Shown piece after piece: positions 1 to 11,492 of a stretch of 64,000 bases of DNA. The translations under genes and the position numbers were made by a program. The notes under the pieces were generated by a model. That model saw only the letters and a program-made list of their open reading frames with translations, did not search any database and was not told the DNA's origin. This stretch comes from Caecitellus pseudoparvulus (Eukaryota; Protista; Bigyra: Bicosoecida): assembly GCA_965644315.1 (NCBI GenBank), contig CBFFRQ010000081.1, positions 434,001 to 498,000 on the forward strand. The letters are read 5' to 3'. The first letter of the stretch is position 1. The number at the start of each line of letters is the position of its first letter.

Positions 1-2606
1 ACTCCGTGAGCAGGTTCTGCGCCACGAACACGCCATACAGGAGGAACATAGCAAAGCCCAGCGCTTTCGTCATGCGCCAGCCGTACGCGACGATGGTGAT
101 GACCACCGCCAGCAGCATGATGAAGAGGACGATGACGGACGTGAACAGGCCGTCTGCCTGCACGACCTTGGCCTGCCCCATGTGCGCGAAGGACCACAGC
201 AGCCAGGGAATGGGCAAGCCAATGGTGACATCGAAGATGTTGGAGCCAATGGACGACGAGACGGCCATGTCCCCGAGGCCCTTGCGTGCCACTGCCACCG
301 AGGACAGGAGGTCCGGCACGGAGGTGCCTGCAGCGAGGAAGGTGAGCCCCATGACCTCGGAAGGAATGCCCAGCACAAGCCCAAACATCTCAGCCCACCA
401 CACCATCCAGTACGAGAAGAAACCAATCCATAGAATGCTCATGAGGAAGGTGAGGGTGAAGTGCGGCCGCATACGGCGCTTGTGCGCTGGTTTGGCCAGC
501 TCAGTGGCTGTGAAGGGAGCTGGGTCTGGAATGGTGTACCACAAGGCAGCCTTGAGGGGCAAGCTCGCGACATGGTAGGTCAGCTTCAAGGCGTACAGGA
601 AACGCTGCGTGCCGGTTGCTTGGCGTGCTGTAACGTCTTGTCGCGTGATGGGCAACTTTGCTTCTCCGGCGTCGCCTCCGACGTCTTCCTCGTCGTCATC
701 GTCAAACAGACTCGGCCACTCCCAGAAGTCCGTGGGGAGCCCCTCTGGGATTTCATCCTCCTCCTCCCCTTCTTCCTCTCCTGCCGCTGAAGCAGCCATG
801 TCAGCTGGTGCTTGTGTCTTGCCTTCGGCAGAGCCTGGAGCTGCGTGACTGGGGGCGGGCTCACCGCCAGCCAGGCCATCGTCTTGGCCTACATGTGCCG
901 GCACTGCTTCATGCACAACAGGCGAGGCTTGAAGTGCAAAGCCTGACCCTTGAGAGCTAGGCGCTGGCCCTGCCTTGCTTCCGAGAGGCACAACTCGTGC
1001 TGACCTTTGCCCTGCCGACTTCAGGGGAGCCGCAGGGTGGCCAGCGTCGCTGACAACGGAGTTCGTCGGGAGGGCCGCTGGCTGCTGGTCGTCTGCGGCG
1101 AGAGTGCCCTGACCATCATGCTGGTCAGCTTCAAAGGCACCCAGTGCTGTAACTTCGCCCTCGGGAAAGGTGAACGTGCTGCCGTCTTCCATTTCCACAC
1201 CAACAGTCCCGTTCCCTGTGCGGGCATCCACGCTCCAGGACACCACGGCGCCCCTGCCACGCGCCGTGACAACAACTTTGCCCAGGCGAGGGCGCCCCTG
1301 CTCCAGCACGTTGCTGGTCACAAGGCGAGCAGCAACCTTGAAGCGCGCAAGGGCCAGCTGTTTCAGCGTCTGCTGCAGTGCTCCCGTGGCGGCTTCATCT
1401 TGGCTGGCGAGCGCTTGAGCCCGCACGACAGCCATGCGCTTCGCCAGGAGTTGCAGTCGTATCTTGAATGCTGCCTCGGCAAAGTTCCCCATGCCCTGCA
1501 GCCTCACAAGAGTGCGTGTGCGGGGTGAAGTGCCGGGGTCCGCGGGGACACGGGCAGGCTCGGTTTCAGTGTCCAGGCCCGGTTTCGGAGTGGGCGCCTC
1601 GGCTGCCTTGTCCACCCACTTGCTCAGAAAGTCCTTAAAGCCGTGTTGCTTTGCGTATGCGATGGTGGCCGCTCGTAGGTCATCCGGTGCGGTCGGCCAT
1701 AGAATGCCTGGCAGGCGCACAGTGCACCACGCAGCCCACTCCTCGTTCTTGAACATGATGCCAATGTACACCGTGTACGAGAGGAACATAATGAGGGATT
1801 CGTACCACTCAATACGCCGGTCGGCAAAGGAGGCGACGAGGATGAGCAGGGTGAGGCTGTAGTACAGGGAATCCCGGAACAGTGGCCAGGCAGTGAGGGC
1901 GAGGACGCTGTCTGCCGGGTTCTTGGGGTTCTTGGACATCAACGCGCACATGCCAATGACGAAGAGGACGTTGAAGACGGCTGAGCCGACGATGGTGCCG
2001 AAGCCGACGTTGGAGTTTGCGATGAACACACCAATGAACGACGTGAACAGTTCTGGTGCAGAGCCCCCGGCAGCCATGAACGTGGCCCCTGCGGGGAGAA
2101 GCCGGGCGAGTGAGCGTGAGTGTCAGCGTGAGTGTCAGCGTGAGCGTGTCCTGGCCGCGGCGTGCGTTCTCACCTGCCACATCTTCGGACATGTCCAGGC
2201 GCCACGAGATGGTTTCCAGGCTGGGCACGAAGAAGTCATCGCAAACAATAGCCAGGCCCATGAACATGAAGAAGATACCCAAGGCCAGCAGCAAGATGCC
2301 CCCGTCTTTCAGCTGGTCACATGTCATGAGCGCAGCCGGGTACGAGCCTTCCCCCAGCTTGTCCAAGTTGCAGCTCGCATCGGGCGCTTGGGCGACGGTG
2401 CCATTCTGAAGGCGCCGAGCACCAACAGGGAGCTCTCCGGGAAGTGCCAGGGGTCCCTCCTGAAGCTCGTGTCCGTGGTGCAAATGGGCGGAAATCGAGC
2501 CCCTTTGAACGGTCAGACCAACCAGCACCAACAGAGCTAGCAAGGCTGACTTGATGACAAGGCCCAGACGAATCTTGCCCTTTGCCTTGGATGATGGTCT
2601 TTTCAT
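1..2606 (-). CDS. K+-dependent Na+/Ca2+ exchanger (NCKX/SLC24 family); last few codons lie beyond the window start
   Basis: ATG at 2606 (MKRPSSK...). Intron 2173-2089 (GTGAGA...CAG) joins DVAG|[14 protein letters not shown], the alpha-1 repeat. The alpha-2 repeat [17 protein letters not shown]...[15 protein letters not shown] lies near 350-230. Exon 2 appears open to base 1. Confidence 0.93.
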
Positions 2607-3147
2607 TGTGATTTTGAGCCTCCCGGGCGCGGGGAAGCGCTTTGAGTGCCTGGCCAACAAGGGTGGGTGACCCGCACGTTTCGCGCCGGTTGACTTGCCC
2701 AGTTGACGCTACCGACCTGCGCCGTGGGCAGTGTGGCAGCGACAAGGCAAAGTCGAGGGGTGGGGGGGCTGCATGCAGGTTCCGGTCACAACTTGTGGGT
2801 CGTTGCTGGCGCCTTCCTCTCCTGCGGAAAGTAAAGTGTTCCCAACCAGTGCATGGTCAGGGAGCCCCCGAAGCGCTCAAGCACCCCCCCAACAGCGGGG
2901 TCTGCCTGCATGGCAAGAGTGCCTCGCCGCCCAGCAAGGAAGCCATAGAAGGGTGGCACACATTCCAAGACCCGCCTTGCGCAGCGCCCGCCCCCTCCAT
3001 GCACCCTCCTGTGTATTCGAGTGCGGTGCGCCCAGAGAGAGCAGCCGCTGGTCTCACGGCACCTGCATCTTCTCCCTTTGCAGCCTGCACTGCGCTGTGT
3101 AGGTTGAAGGACAAGTTATTGCTTTTATTTGAATCCCAGGAAGTGCT

Positions 3148-5160
3148 ATGAGCGACATCTACCACACCGAGCCGCCCACATCAGGCAAGGTGTGTGTGTG
3201 TGCGCAAGCAATTTCCGCCTCCTCCACGCATCCCACACGCCCCTCCACGCACCCAGGTCGTTGTGAAGACGACTGCTGGGGACATTGACATTGAGCTTTG
3301 GTGCAAGGAGTGTCCGCTGGCGTGCCGCAACTTTCTGCAGCTGTCCCAGGTGCGAAGCACAGCCATCTGGCGCTGCAAGCGCCGCAGCTCACCTTCTGCC
3401 GCTGCGGCCATCCTTTGCAGGAGCGATACTATGAGGGGACCATTTTCCACCGCATCATCAAGGGGTTCATGGTGCAGGGCGGCGATCCGTCTGGGACAGG
3501 AAGTGGTGGGGAGTCCATCTACGGCAAGAGCTTCGCAGATGAGGTGCACACCCGCATCAAGTTCAATCACCGGGGGCAGGTGGCAGTGGCCAACTCCGGC
3601 CCCGGCACCAACGGCTCCCAGTTCTTCATCACCTTGGACAAGACGCCGTGGTTGGATGGGAAGCACACCATTTTCGGGCGCGTGTCAGGGCCCACTGTGT
3701 TCAACGTCTTGAACATGGGGGCGCTGCCGACACAGGAGGACGACCGGCCGACTGACCCCCCTCGCATCACGTCTGTGCAGGTCATGCACCACCCCTTCAC
3801 CGACTTGAACCCCCGAGACATAGTGCATGCCCACCTCCCCGAGGCGGCGGGGACGGTGAGCTCCCTGGAGCAGAAGCAGGCCGCCGTTGCAGCAGCTGCT
3901 AGGCGCAAGCGCCAGTCAAAGCGCAGCAACGCTGTGCTGTCTTTCGGAGACGACGATGGTGACGACGGCGAGGAGGGTTTTGGTATGCCTGTATCGGCGG
4001 GGAAGCGCCGACGGCGCGGAGGCGGCATGGTGTCGGCCCACGACGTTGGGGATGCATCCGGGCGCCTGGCAGCTGCCTCCGCCGCCAGTGCCCAAGCGCC
4101 CCAAGCGAGCAGCTCCACGAAGGCCAAGCCACGCACACAAAAAGACGTCCCGCCTGTGCCAGCTGGTGCCAGCGTCCCTGCAAGCAAGGCAGAGAAGCGG
4201 ACGAAGCCGGTGGCAGATGAAATCGCTCAGCTGCAAGCTGCAGTGCTGCAACGGCAGGCTGAAGACCCACGCACGCAAGCATCAGTGAAGGTGGCAGCGG
4301 CGCCGGTGTCAAAATCTGCGGGGAAGAGTGGAGATGACTTGCTCACTCCGTTGCAGGCGCGCCGGGCGGCGTTCTTGGCGAAGAAGAAAGCCGGGGGCAA
4401 ACGCGAAGCTGACACGCTCGCGAAAGTGGCCGCCTTCCAGGACCTGCTGCAGTCGGCCCTCGTGCAGGGCGGTGCCGACAGCAGTGGCGATGACAGCACC
4501 GCCGAAGATGCTGCAGGGCCTCTGGCTGGGGCTGTGGCAGATGGCGGGCAGGAGGGTGGGGACAGCGACGACAACGACCTGTCGTTCCTGTCCACCAAGC
4601 TCACCTTGCGGAGACACGTCGATGACTCCGTGCGGGGCTTGGCAGCTGTGGCAGCCGATGCATTCCAGGATGAACAAGACCCCCTCATGACGTATGACCC
4701 TCTGAACCCCCAGCAAGCTGGCCAAGCTCCGCCTCGCCCGGTGGCTGACGGCATGGCGTTTGAGTTCCGCACCACCGCAGCAGACGTGCTCGGGGAGAAG
4801 CCTGCGCCGCTGGAAGGGGGGGCGACTGCAGCAGCTGCAACGACAACTGCCGCTGCTGCTACTGCTGCTACTGCTGCACATGATGAGAGCAGGTACCACC
4901 ACGGTGCACGTGACCGGTACAGAGGAGATGACAGGCATGGCGGGCGGGATGGGCGTGACCGGTACAGAGGAGATGACAGGCATGGCGGGCGGGATGGGCG
5001 TGACCGGTACAGAGGAGATGACAGGCATGGCGGGCGGGATGGGCGTGACCGGTACAGAGGAGATGACAGGCATGGCGGGCGGGATGGGCGTGACCGGTAC
5101 AGAGGAGATGACAGGCATGGCGGGCGGGATGGGCGTGACCGGTATTCCAGGCGGCATTGA
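3148..5160 (+). CDS. CWC27: Spliceosomal cyclophilin CWC27
   Basis: MSDIYHTEPPTSGK|VVVKTTAGDIDIELWCKECPLACRNFLQL..|ERYYEGTIFHRIIKGFMVQGGDPSGTGSGGESIYG matches the CWC27 N-terminus. Introns 3190-3256 and 3350-3420. Later LSFGDD and READTLAKVAAF segments also fit. Confidence 0.93.
4909..5144 (+). repeat. Perfect 45-bp coding tandem repeat, five copies plus a partial copy (RDRYRGDDRHGGRDG)
   Basis: Identical 45-nt units in the CWC27 C-terminal tail. Confidence 0.95.
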
Positions 5161-5199
5161 CGCAGCCGTGAACAAAGCAGGTAATGCGTGCTGGAGAAG

Positions 5200-5207
5200 A
5201 ATGCATT
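5200..5207. promoter_or_regulatory. Palindromic AATGCATT, candidate shared 3'-end/poly(A) signal of CWC27 and uL24m
   Basis: Gives AATGCA on both strands: ~40 nt after the CWC27 stop and overlapping the uL24m TGA. The same hexamer follows most other stops. Function is inferred. Confidence 0.5.
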
Positions 5208-6213
5208 CACCTCTCCGGCTCAGGGTCTGTGGAAGGCAGGGTCTCCCGGATGCCCAGCAAGTGCGCCACCTCAGGAGGGTATGCGAGGCCCGCAGCAGCG
5301 GAGTGTGCAGGGGCGTCCTGGCGCTGTGCTGTGGCCAGTGTCGCTAGCTCCTGCGGCGACTTGAGCTGCTGGTACGTGCCCTGCTCCGCGTCAGCATACT
5401 TCCACTGCAAGCCCTGCGCCTCCACGGTGGCTGCGCGGCGGGCTGCTCGGACAGCTTGCAGTGCTTCGTACTCCGCCTCCAGGCCAGGGAATGTGACCTG
5501 CTGCACTGCATCTAGGGGTGTGTCCAGGGGCCCCGGGTCCAGGGACCGGGGGCGGGAGCGCTCCTTCAAGTCGGCGGGGTACGGCACGACGGCGCCGCTG
5601 CCTGACGCGGCGACACGGACTTTCGTGCCGTCCTCTTGGAAGCGCATGGCCACGCGTGTGGCTTCCCTGCGCAGGCGACGTGGTGGGCCAGGGCGTGTGA
5701 GGGTGGCGAGCAGGAAAGGCGCGTGGGCCGAACCACACGCACTGGGTGACTGGGTCCACCAGTTGGACGTTGGAGTAGTGTGTGCTGCTCTCCACGCGGA
5801 GAATGCCGCCTGGCTTGTCTCCTTCTGGGCGCTGGAAGCGGCTATTCTGAACAGGAAGCGGGAAAAGCAAGGGGGTGCGCGGCAGTGCATGCGGAATTAC
5901 GTGGGCAGCATGGGTTGGCTCAGCGCCAGCCCAGCGCGGCGGCGGCACGCACGAAGTTGACTCCCTCCACCCACACCCGCTGCTTCTTGCGGTTGATGGC
6001 CTTCACCTTGCCTGTCTTCCCCTCGTCCTTGCCAGCCAGGAGCATGACCGTGTCTCCGCGCACGATGCGCCATTTGCCAATGGGGTGCTTAGTTTGGCGC
6101 ACGCGGCGCCTGAGTGTGCGCAGGTGCTTTTTGTAATTCAGTGCCCAGTTCCTGCCGTGGTTCTGGTAGGGTTTGGCGGCTGCAGCGCCGAGGGAGGCTG
6201 CGGCACCCGACAT
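5207..6213 (-). CDS. MRPL24: Ribosomal protein uL24, bacterial/mitochondrial type
   Basis: KOW motif WRIVRGDTVMLLAGKDEGKTGKV...VWVEGVN, then GGILRVESSTHYSNVQLVDP and TRVAMRFQEDGTKVRVA. Introns 5952-5847 and 5742-5667. Confidence 0.9.
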
Positions 6214-6581
6214 GTGTGCGGAAATTGGGGGCTCTCCTGCGTCCAGGTGCTTGGCGGCGTCGCCAGGGCAGGGGTGGCTGGAGGGGGCACCACGTGGCCG
6301 GCGTGCACCTGGTTGACTATTTGGGTGGCCAGTTTTGGCGCGGTGGGTCGCGAGTCAAGGGGTGGCACATGCCGCCGTGTGGGCCGTGCGGGGGCGCATG
6401 GGGACGGCGGAAGCTGCCGGGGGGTAGGGCACCCCCGCCGAGGTTGGGAGTGCGGCGGGCCCTCCACAATCCATGCAGCCCCACCCCCTGTGCATGCTCG
6501 ATCGCTCGAGAAAGTTGGACCCTGGCTTGCCCTGCTGGTGGCAGCCCACGCCCAGTGACGCGCTCGTGCAGTCGACGGAAG

Positions 6582-8462
6582 ATGGCAGTTGCAGGAGGGC
6601 AGCGCCGTGTGCACACGGTGATTCCCGACCGCCTCAGCTACGTGGCCTTACGGCACCGGCCCAGGGACACGAGCAAGGAGCACTACTTTTGCGTGGACAG
6701 CCAGCTGGTGTACTGGGCCTTCTTCCTGGACTTTGTACGTCGTCGGAGTCCTGTGCAAGGCGGCTTGGCCCAGCACGCAGTGGCTGGCAAGCTCGCCGCG
6801 CCCGCTGCAACATGTGTGCGCACGTTTGCCGCTGTCCCTTTCCCCACAGGGCCCCTTGAACTTAGGGCAGGTGCGTGGTGCTGGCGGGCCGGCGGTGTGC
6901 CTGCGCTGCTGGCGCCCCTGCAAGTGCAGGCTGTGCTCGGCCATGTGCAGTGCAGCAGCCTTGCTGTGTGAAGCTGCGAATGGGCGCGGCGGGGGCTCCG
7001 GCGCCGCGCCGCGGGCGCGCGCCGCGTTGGCAGGGTGTAGCAGCGTGTCTTGCTGGGTGTTTCGGTGCAGCGAGAGGGGGCAGGCTCGCTTTCGCGTGCG
7101 AGTGTGTGGGTGTGCACCGGACAATTTCCGCGCCCGCCTTCCCTTGCACAGCTGTACCGATTCTGCGAATACCTGAACCACAAGCTGTCTGACCCGAAGC
7201 TGGAGAAGAAGCACATTTACTACTACTCTTCAGTGGCCAGTGACAAGCGGGCCAATGCCGTCTTCCTGCTGTCCGCGTGGTCCCTGCTGTACCAGGGCAA
7301 GACGCCTGAGGAGGTGAGTGTGCAGGTGCGGCGTGGGCGCGTGGCGGCGGCAGGCACCACAGCTCCCCCCCCCCCGCGCGCGCGTGTGCAGGCTTGGGAG
7401 CCCTTCGCGGGCATTTACCCGCCCCTGCCCCCCTGGCATGACGCCTCCCCCACGGTGTGCACGTACAACCTGACGGTGCTGGACACGTTGAAGGGCATTG
7501 CGCGGGCGGTGCAGGCGGGCTTCTTCGATTTCGACACCTTCCCCATCGAGGAGTACGAGCACTGGGAGCAGCCGTCCAATGGGGACCTGTCCTGGATCCA
7601 GTACGGCAAGATCCTGGCCTTCGCGGGGCCCCACAACCACCGCTCCAGCCACGACGGGTACTATACCCTGACGCCCGAGGACTACATCCCCCAGTTCAAG
7701 AAGTGGGGCGTCAAGCTCGTCATCCGCCTGAACAAGAAGTACTACGACGAGGAGCGCTTCATCAAGGCGGGCATGGACCACCTGGACCTGTACTACCTGG
7801 ACGGCAGCAACCCCCCCGAGCACATCCTGGCGACGGTGATGGACGCCATGGAGCGCTGCGACGGCGCCATCGCCATCCACTGCAAGGCGGGCCTGGGCCG
7901 CACCGGCACCTGCATCGCCTGCCACATGATGAAGCACTACGGCTTCACGGCAGCGGAGGCCATCGCCTGGCTGCGGGTGTGTCGGCCGGGCTCCGTCATT
8001 GGCCCCCAGCAGCACTTTCTGGAGGATATGATGCCGCGCATGGTGAAGGAGGGGCAAGCCATGCGGGCGGCAGCTGCAGACGCACGCAAGGCGCTGGCTG
8101 TGGAGGTGGGGTCGGCACCTGACGGCGGCACGCCCTCGGGGCACTCGGCTGACAGCGCCGCGGCGGGGGGGGGTGCGTCTCCCCTGCCCACCCCCACCTC
8201 TGTCGCAGCAGAGCACGTGCCCTCCTCGGCAGGCGTGGGGCGGTACGCGGCGTCCCCGGGCGGCGCCTCTGTCGCCTCTGACGCCAGCCAGGGAGACCAC
8301 CTGCGTGCCAGCAGGCAGCGGGCGTCCCCCACTGGGGGGGCTCGAGGCACCTCCACCGTGGGGCGGTCCACCGGCACTGTGCGCAGCAGCCTGACGCGGG
8401 AGCTGTCAGCAGGTGCGCGGGGGGGCAGTGGCGGCGGCGGCGGGGGCGGGCAGCACAAGTAG
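6582..8462 (+). CDS. CDC14: Dual-specificity protein phosphatase CDC14
   Basis: FFLDF|GPLNLGQ|LYRFC, KRANAVFL, catalytic HCKAGLGRTG, RPGSVIGPQQ. Introns 6735-6849, 6871-7151 and 7314-7391; 21-nt micro-exon 6850-6870. Confidence 0.95.
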
Positions 8463-8581
8463 GGTGGGTGGATTTAGGTGGTGTGGCGTGGTGGGGCGCT
8501 GGGTACCCAGCCGTGTGAGTTCATTCCTTTCACCCCCCCCCCACTGGCCAATGCATAGACAGGGGTTGGTCGGCGGCCGGC

Positions 8582-9992
8582 TCAAGCGGCTGGCTTCACG
8601 CCGTGCTTGGTGGCCCAGGGCACGTCCCACTTGGAGAACCAGTCGTACTCCTGGTGGTGCAGGGTGGGGGGGGGTGCACCCCCCTCCCCGGCACCCCCCA
8701 GGCACTGCAGCGTGGCGCAGAACTTGTCCTGGTGCAGGGCGGTGACCTTGGCCAGGCGGCCCTTGTGGGGGCCTGCCACCAGCGCCACCACGCCGCCGGG
8801 TCGCGGCACGACGCTCTCCAGCTTGGGCAGCGGCACGACGAGGCAGGCCTTGCCGCCTGTCGGGCGCAGAACGCGCACCTTGGCAGAGGGGGGGGCGCCG
8901 CCCTGCCCCGGCACCACGCCCACCACGGTGCCCTTGGCCTTGTACCAGGCCCCCCCCTCCAGGGACTTGGACAGGATCTTCACGATGATGCCACGCATGA
9001 GCCAGGAGGGGGTGGAGGGGGGGGGGGGTGCGGACCCCCCCTCCTCTGGCTTCTCCTGTGCACGCTGGGCAGGGGGGCGGCTAGCAATCTGCAGTGAGCT
9101 GCCGCTGCTGGCGGCGGGGGTGTGCCCCCCCCTCCCCCAGCGGGATGCCCGGGAGGGGGGGGGAGGGGGGGCCACATCCACATCCTCCTCCTCCTCCTCC
9201 TCGCCGAAGCCGGCTGCCGCCACTGGAGCCATGGGCTGCCCCTGTGCCGCGGCTGGCGCTGCGCTGGCTGATGCAGGGGCAGCCGAGGGCAGTGTGAGGG
9301 TGAGGGCACCCCCCCCCTGCCCCCCCTCCGCCAGCGCCGTGGCAGCTGCAGCAGTGCCCTTGCCACCTCCCGCCGCCGCCGCCGCCGACGCGGCGAGGTC
9401 TGCCAGCTCCTGGGCCCGCTTGCTCTCCCCGCGCCGCTCACGGGCAAGGGCCTTGGCCTTGGCCTCCTCCCGCCGCTTGGCGTCGTCGGAGTGGTCCACC
9501 CACGCCAGCCACCACCCCCGCTCATCCTCCCGTACACGGCACTTGCCCGTGCGGCCCAGGTACTTGACGAAGGCAGTCAGGCTCTCCCACATCGTCGCGT
9601 TCATGTGCACGTGGTGGCGGTCCTGGATGTACTCGTTGTACACGCCGTTGGCCCGCACTTCCCGCGTGCCGAAGCGGCGCGACAGCAGCTTCGTGAAGCC
9701 CGCCTCGAACTCCTTGCTCCAGTCGTCCATGAAGGAGCTGGGGTTGGAGGCGAACAGGGACGCCTGCCGGCGGTGGCTCTCCGACGCCACGTGGCATTTG
9801 AAGCCGTTGGCGTCCCGGCACCTGCGCAAGGGGGGGGAGGGAGGGGCAGGCACTGAGCCACCTGCGCCAGAGGCTGAGGCAGCAAGCGCCGCACTGTTTC
9901 TGGCACAGCTGGCAGTAAAAGCGCAGCTTCTGCAGGCCCTTGGCCTTCCACGCGTTGGCGATGGCCTTGGGCCCTGACGTCGCCTTGGGCAT
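8582..9992 (-). CDS. KIN17: DNA/RNA-binding protein KIN17
   Basis: MPKA..PKAIANAWKAKGLQKLRFYCQLCQKQCRDANGFKCH zinc finger, HVHMNATMWESLTAFVKYLGR, C-terminal KOW/SH3-like region. Intron 9894-9822. Confidence 0.95.
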
Positions 9993-10216
9993 GGCTGAGG
10001 TGTGCCTGCCTGCGGAGCTTGGGCAAGGGCTGGCACGGCACAGTGCCCCTCGGGCACCACACTCCCAAGCCCCCACCTCGTCACGGGTGGAGCCACAGCG
10101 CCCTGCACGCGTGACGCGTCGCTGTCGCGTGCTGGCTGGACGGTGGCGGCTGGGGATTTGGCGCGCGGGGAGCACCTGTGCACGGTGCACAGTTTCGCCT
10201 GCGTTTCGGACTCCCC

Positions 10217-10480
10217 ATGGACCGCGTGACGCTGCGTGCGCTGGGTGTGGGTGCCGCGGCAGGGCTGTTCGCAGGGGCTGGCCTGGAGGTGTTCATGGTC
10301 ACGACAGGGTTCTACAAGGTGGCCGCGCGCAAGCAAGCTGAGCACCGGGTGGAGGACAAGACCATGCTGGCCGACGCAGCAGCGGCACGGCGGCAGCGCC
10401 TCGCAGCCCTGCGGCCTCAGCAGCCGCCGAGGGGGGGCAGTGCCAGCAGTCCTGACCACCCTCAAGCCCATGAACGGTGA
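10217..10480 (+). CDS. 87-aa single-TM protein, SMIM4/UQCC5 (UPF0640)-like
   Basis: One hydrophobic segment ending GAGLEVFMVTTGFY, then a charged helix, resembling the GxxME.FM..tgFY pattern of this family (recalled, not searched). Confidence 0.6.
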   Translation: MDRVTLRALGVGAAAGLFAGAGLEVFMVTTGFYKVAARKQAEHRVEDKTMLADAAAARRQRLAALRPQQPPRGGSASSPDHPQAHER

Positions 10481-10599
10481 GCCTGTGCCAGGCGCCCTCC
10501 GTGGCGAAGGCTGGGTGGGCGGGCGTGGTGGCTCTGGGCAGTGCATTGTGCGGCGCACGACGCCAGAGCAGGCGGTGGAGCGTGGGACAGTGGCAGGGT

Positions 10600-10968
10600 T
10601 TACTGGGCGTAGACGCCCGCGGCGGCTGCCTGTGCCACAGCGGCCTCAGCCTGTGCGTTGGCCTGGGCGATGAGCGCCTGCTCCCTCAGGTGGTAGCCCT
10701 TCCACACGGCGCCGCCGATGAGGCCGAGGCCGAGGCCTGGGGAAGAGGAAAGGGGGGTGAGAGGGGTGGCAAATGAGTGACGAGGGGGGCAGGCGGCGGC
10801 CAATGCATGGCGGTGACGGGGGCGGGAAGCGGGGGAGTGCAGCGCGGAAATCGGGGCACCATCACGAGCACACCAAGCACATCACGCACCGATGGCCATG
10901 TCCTTGAAGAGACCCCCCTGCAGGGCCTTGATGGCTGCCTTGCCGTACACACCGCTGTGGGCTGGCAT
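10600..10968 (-). CDS. Cytochrome c oxidase subunit 5C-like (plant type), 71 aa
   Basis: ATG in CCACCACCATG context. Intron 10889-10737 gives LFKDMAIG|LGLGLIGGAVWKGYHLREQ, resembling plant COX5C VVKELFIGLALGLAAGGLWKMHHWNEQ. Confidence 0.72.
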
Positions 10969-11492
10969 GGTGGTGGCGCCTGGGGGGAGGGGCGGGCAGC
11001 GGAGGGTGTGAGGGTGCGGGAGAGCGGGAACCCGCACGGCGCGCCGGACGCACGGAGGGAAGGGAAGACACAGTCACAGAGCGGGCAGGCAGTCTGCAGT
11101 GGTGTGATGCGGTAACGTTCGCGTGTGGCATTTGTGGTGCTGGCCCGACTTTGCTGCGGGGTGGGGGCCCAGGCAGAGACGGGCAGGGTGGCGCAGTGGT
11201 GGAAGGGGTGTGTGCCTGGGCCAGTGCCACGCGCCACACAATCCCACTGCCAGCCAGCCCAGACCGCAGGAGGGGGGGGCACCGCATCGTTTGGCCTTGC
11301 CCTCAATCGGGAGCCAAGGCTGGGCGTGGAGTGCTGGTGTGCTGGCCGTGCTGCGGGCCAGGCCCTGCGTTTCGCCACCAGCAGCCGCCGGCCTGCGAAA
11401 CGCTGGCCAGCGGCACCCACCGGCAGTCGGGCAGGGCGGCGCAGGGCGGCGCAGAGCGCCACGCTGTGCAGGGCCACAGCCACCTGCCCAGC

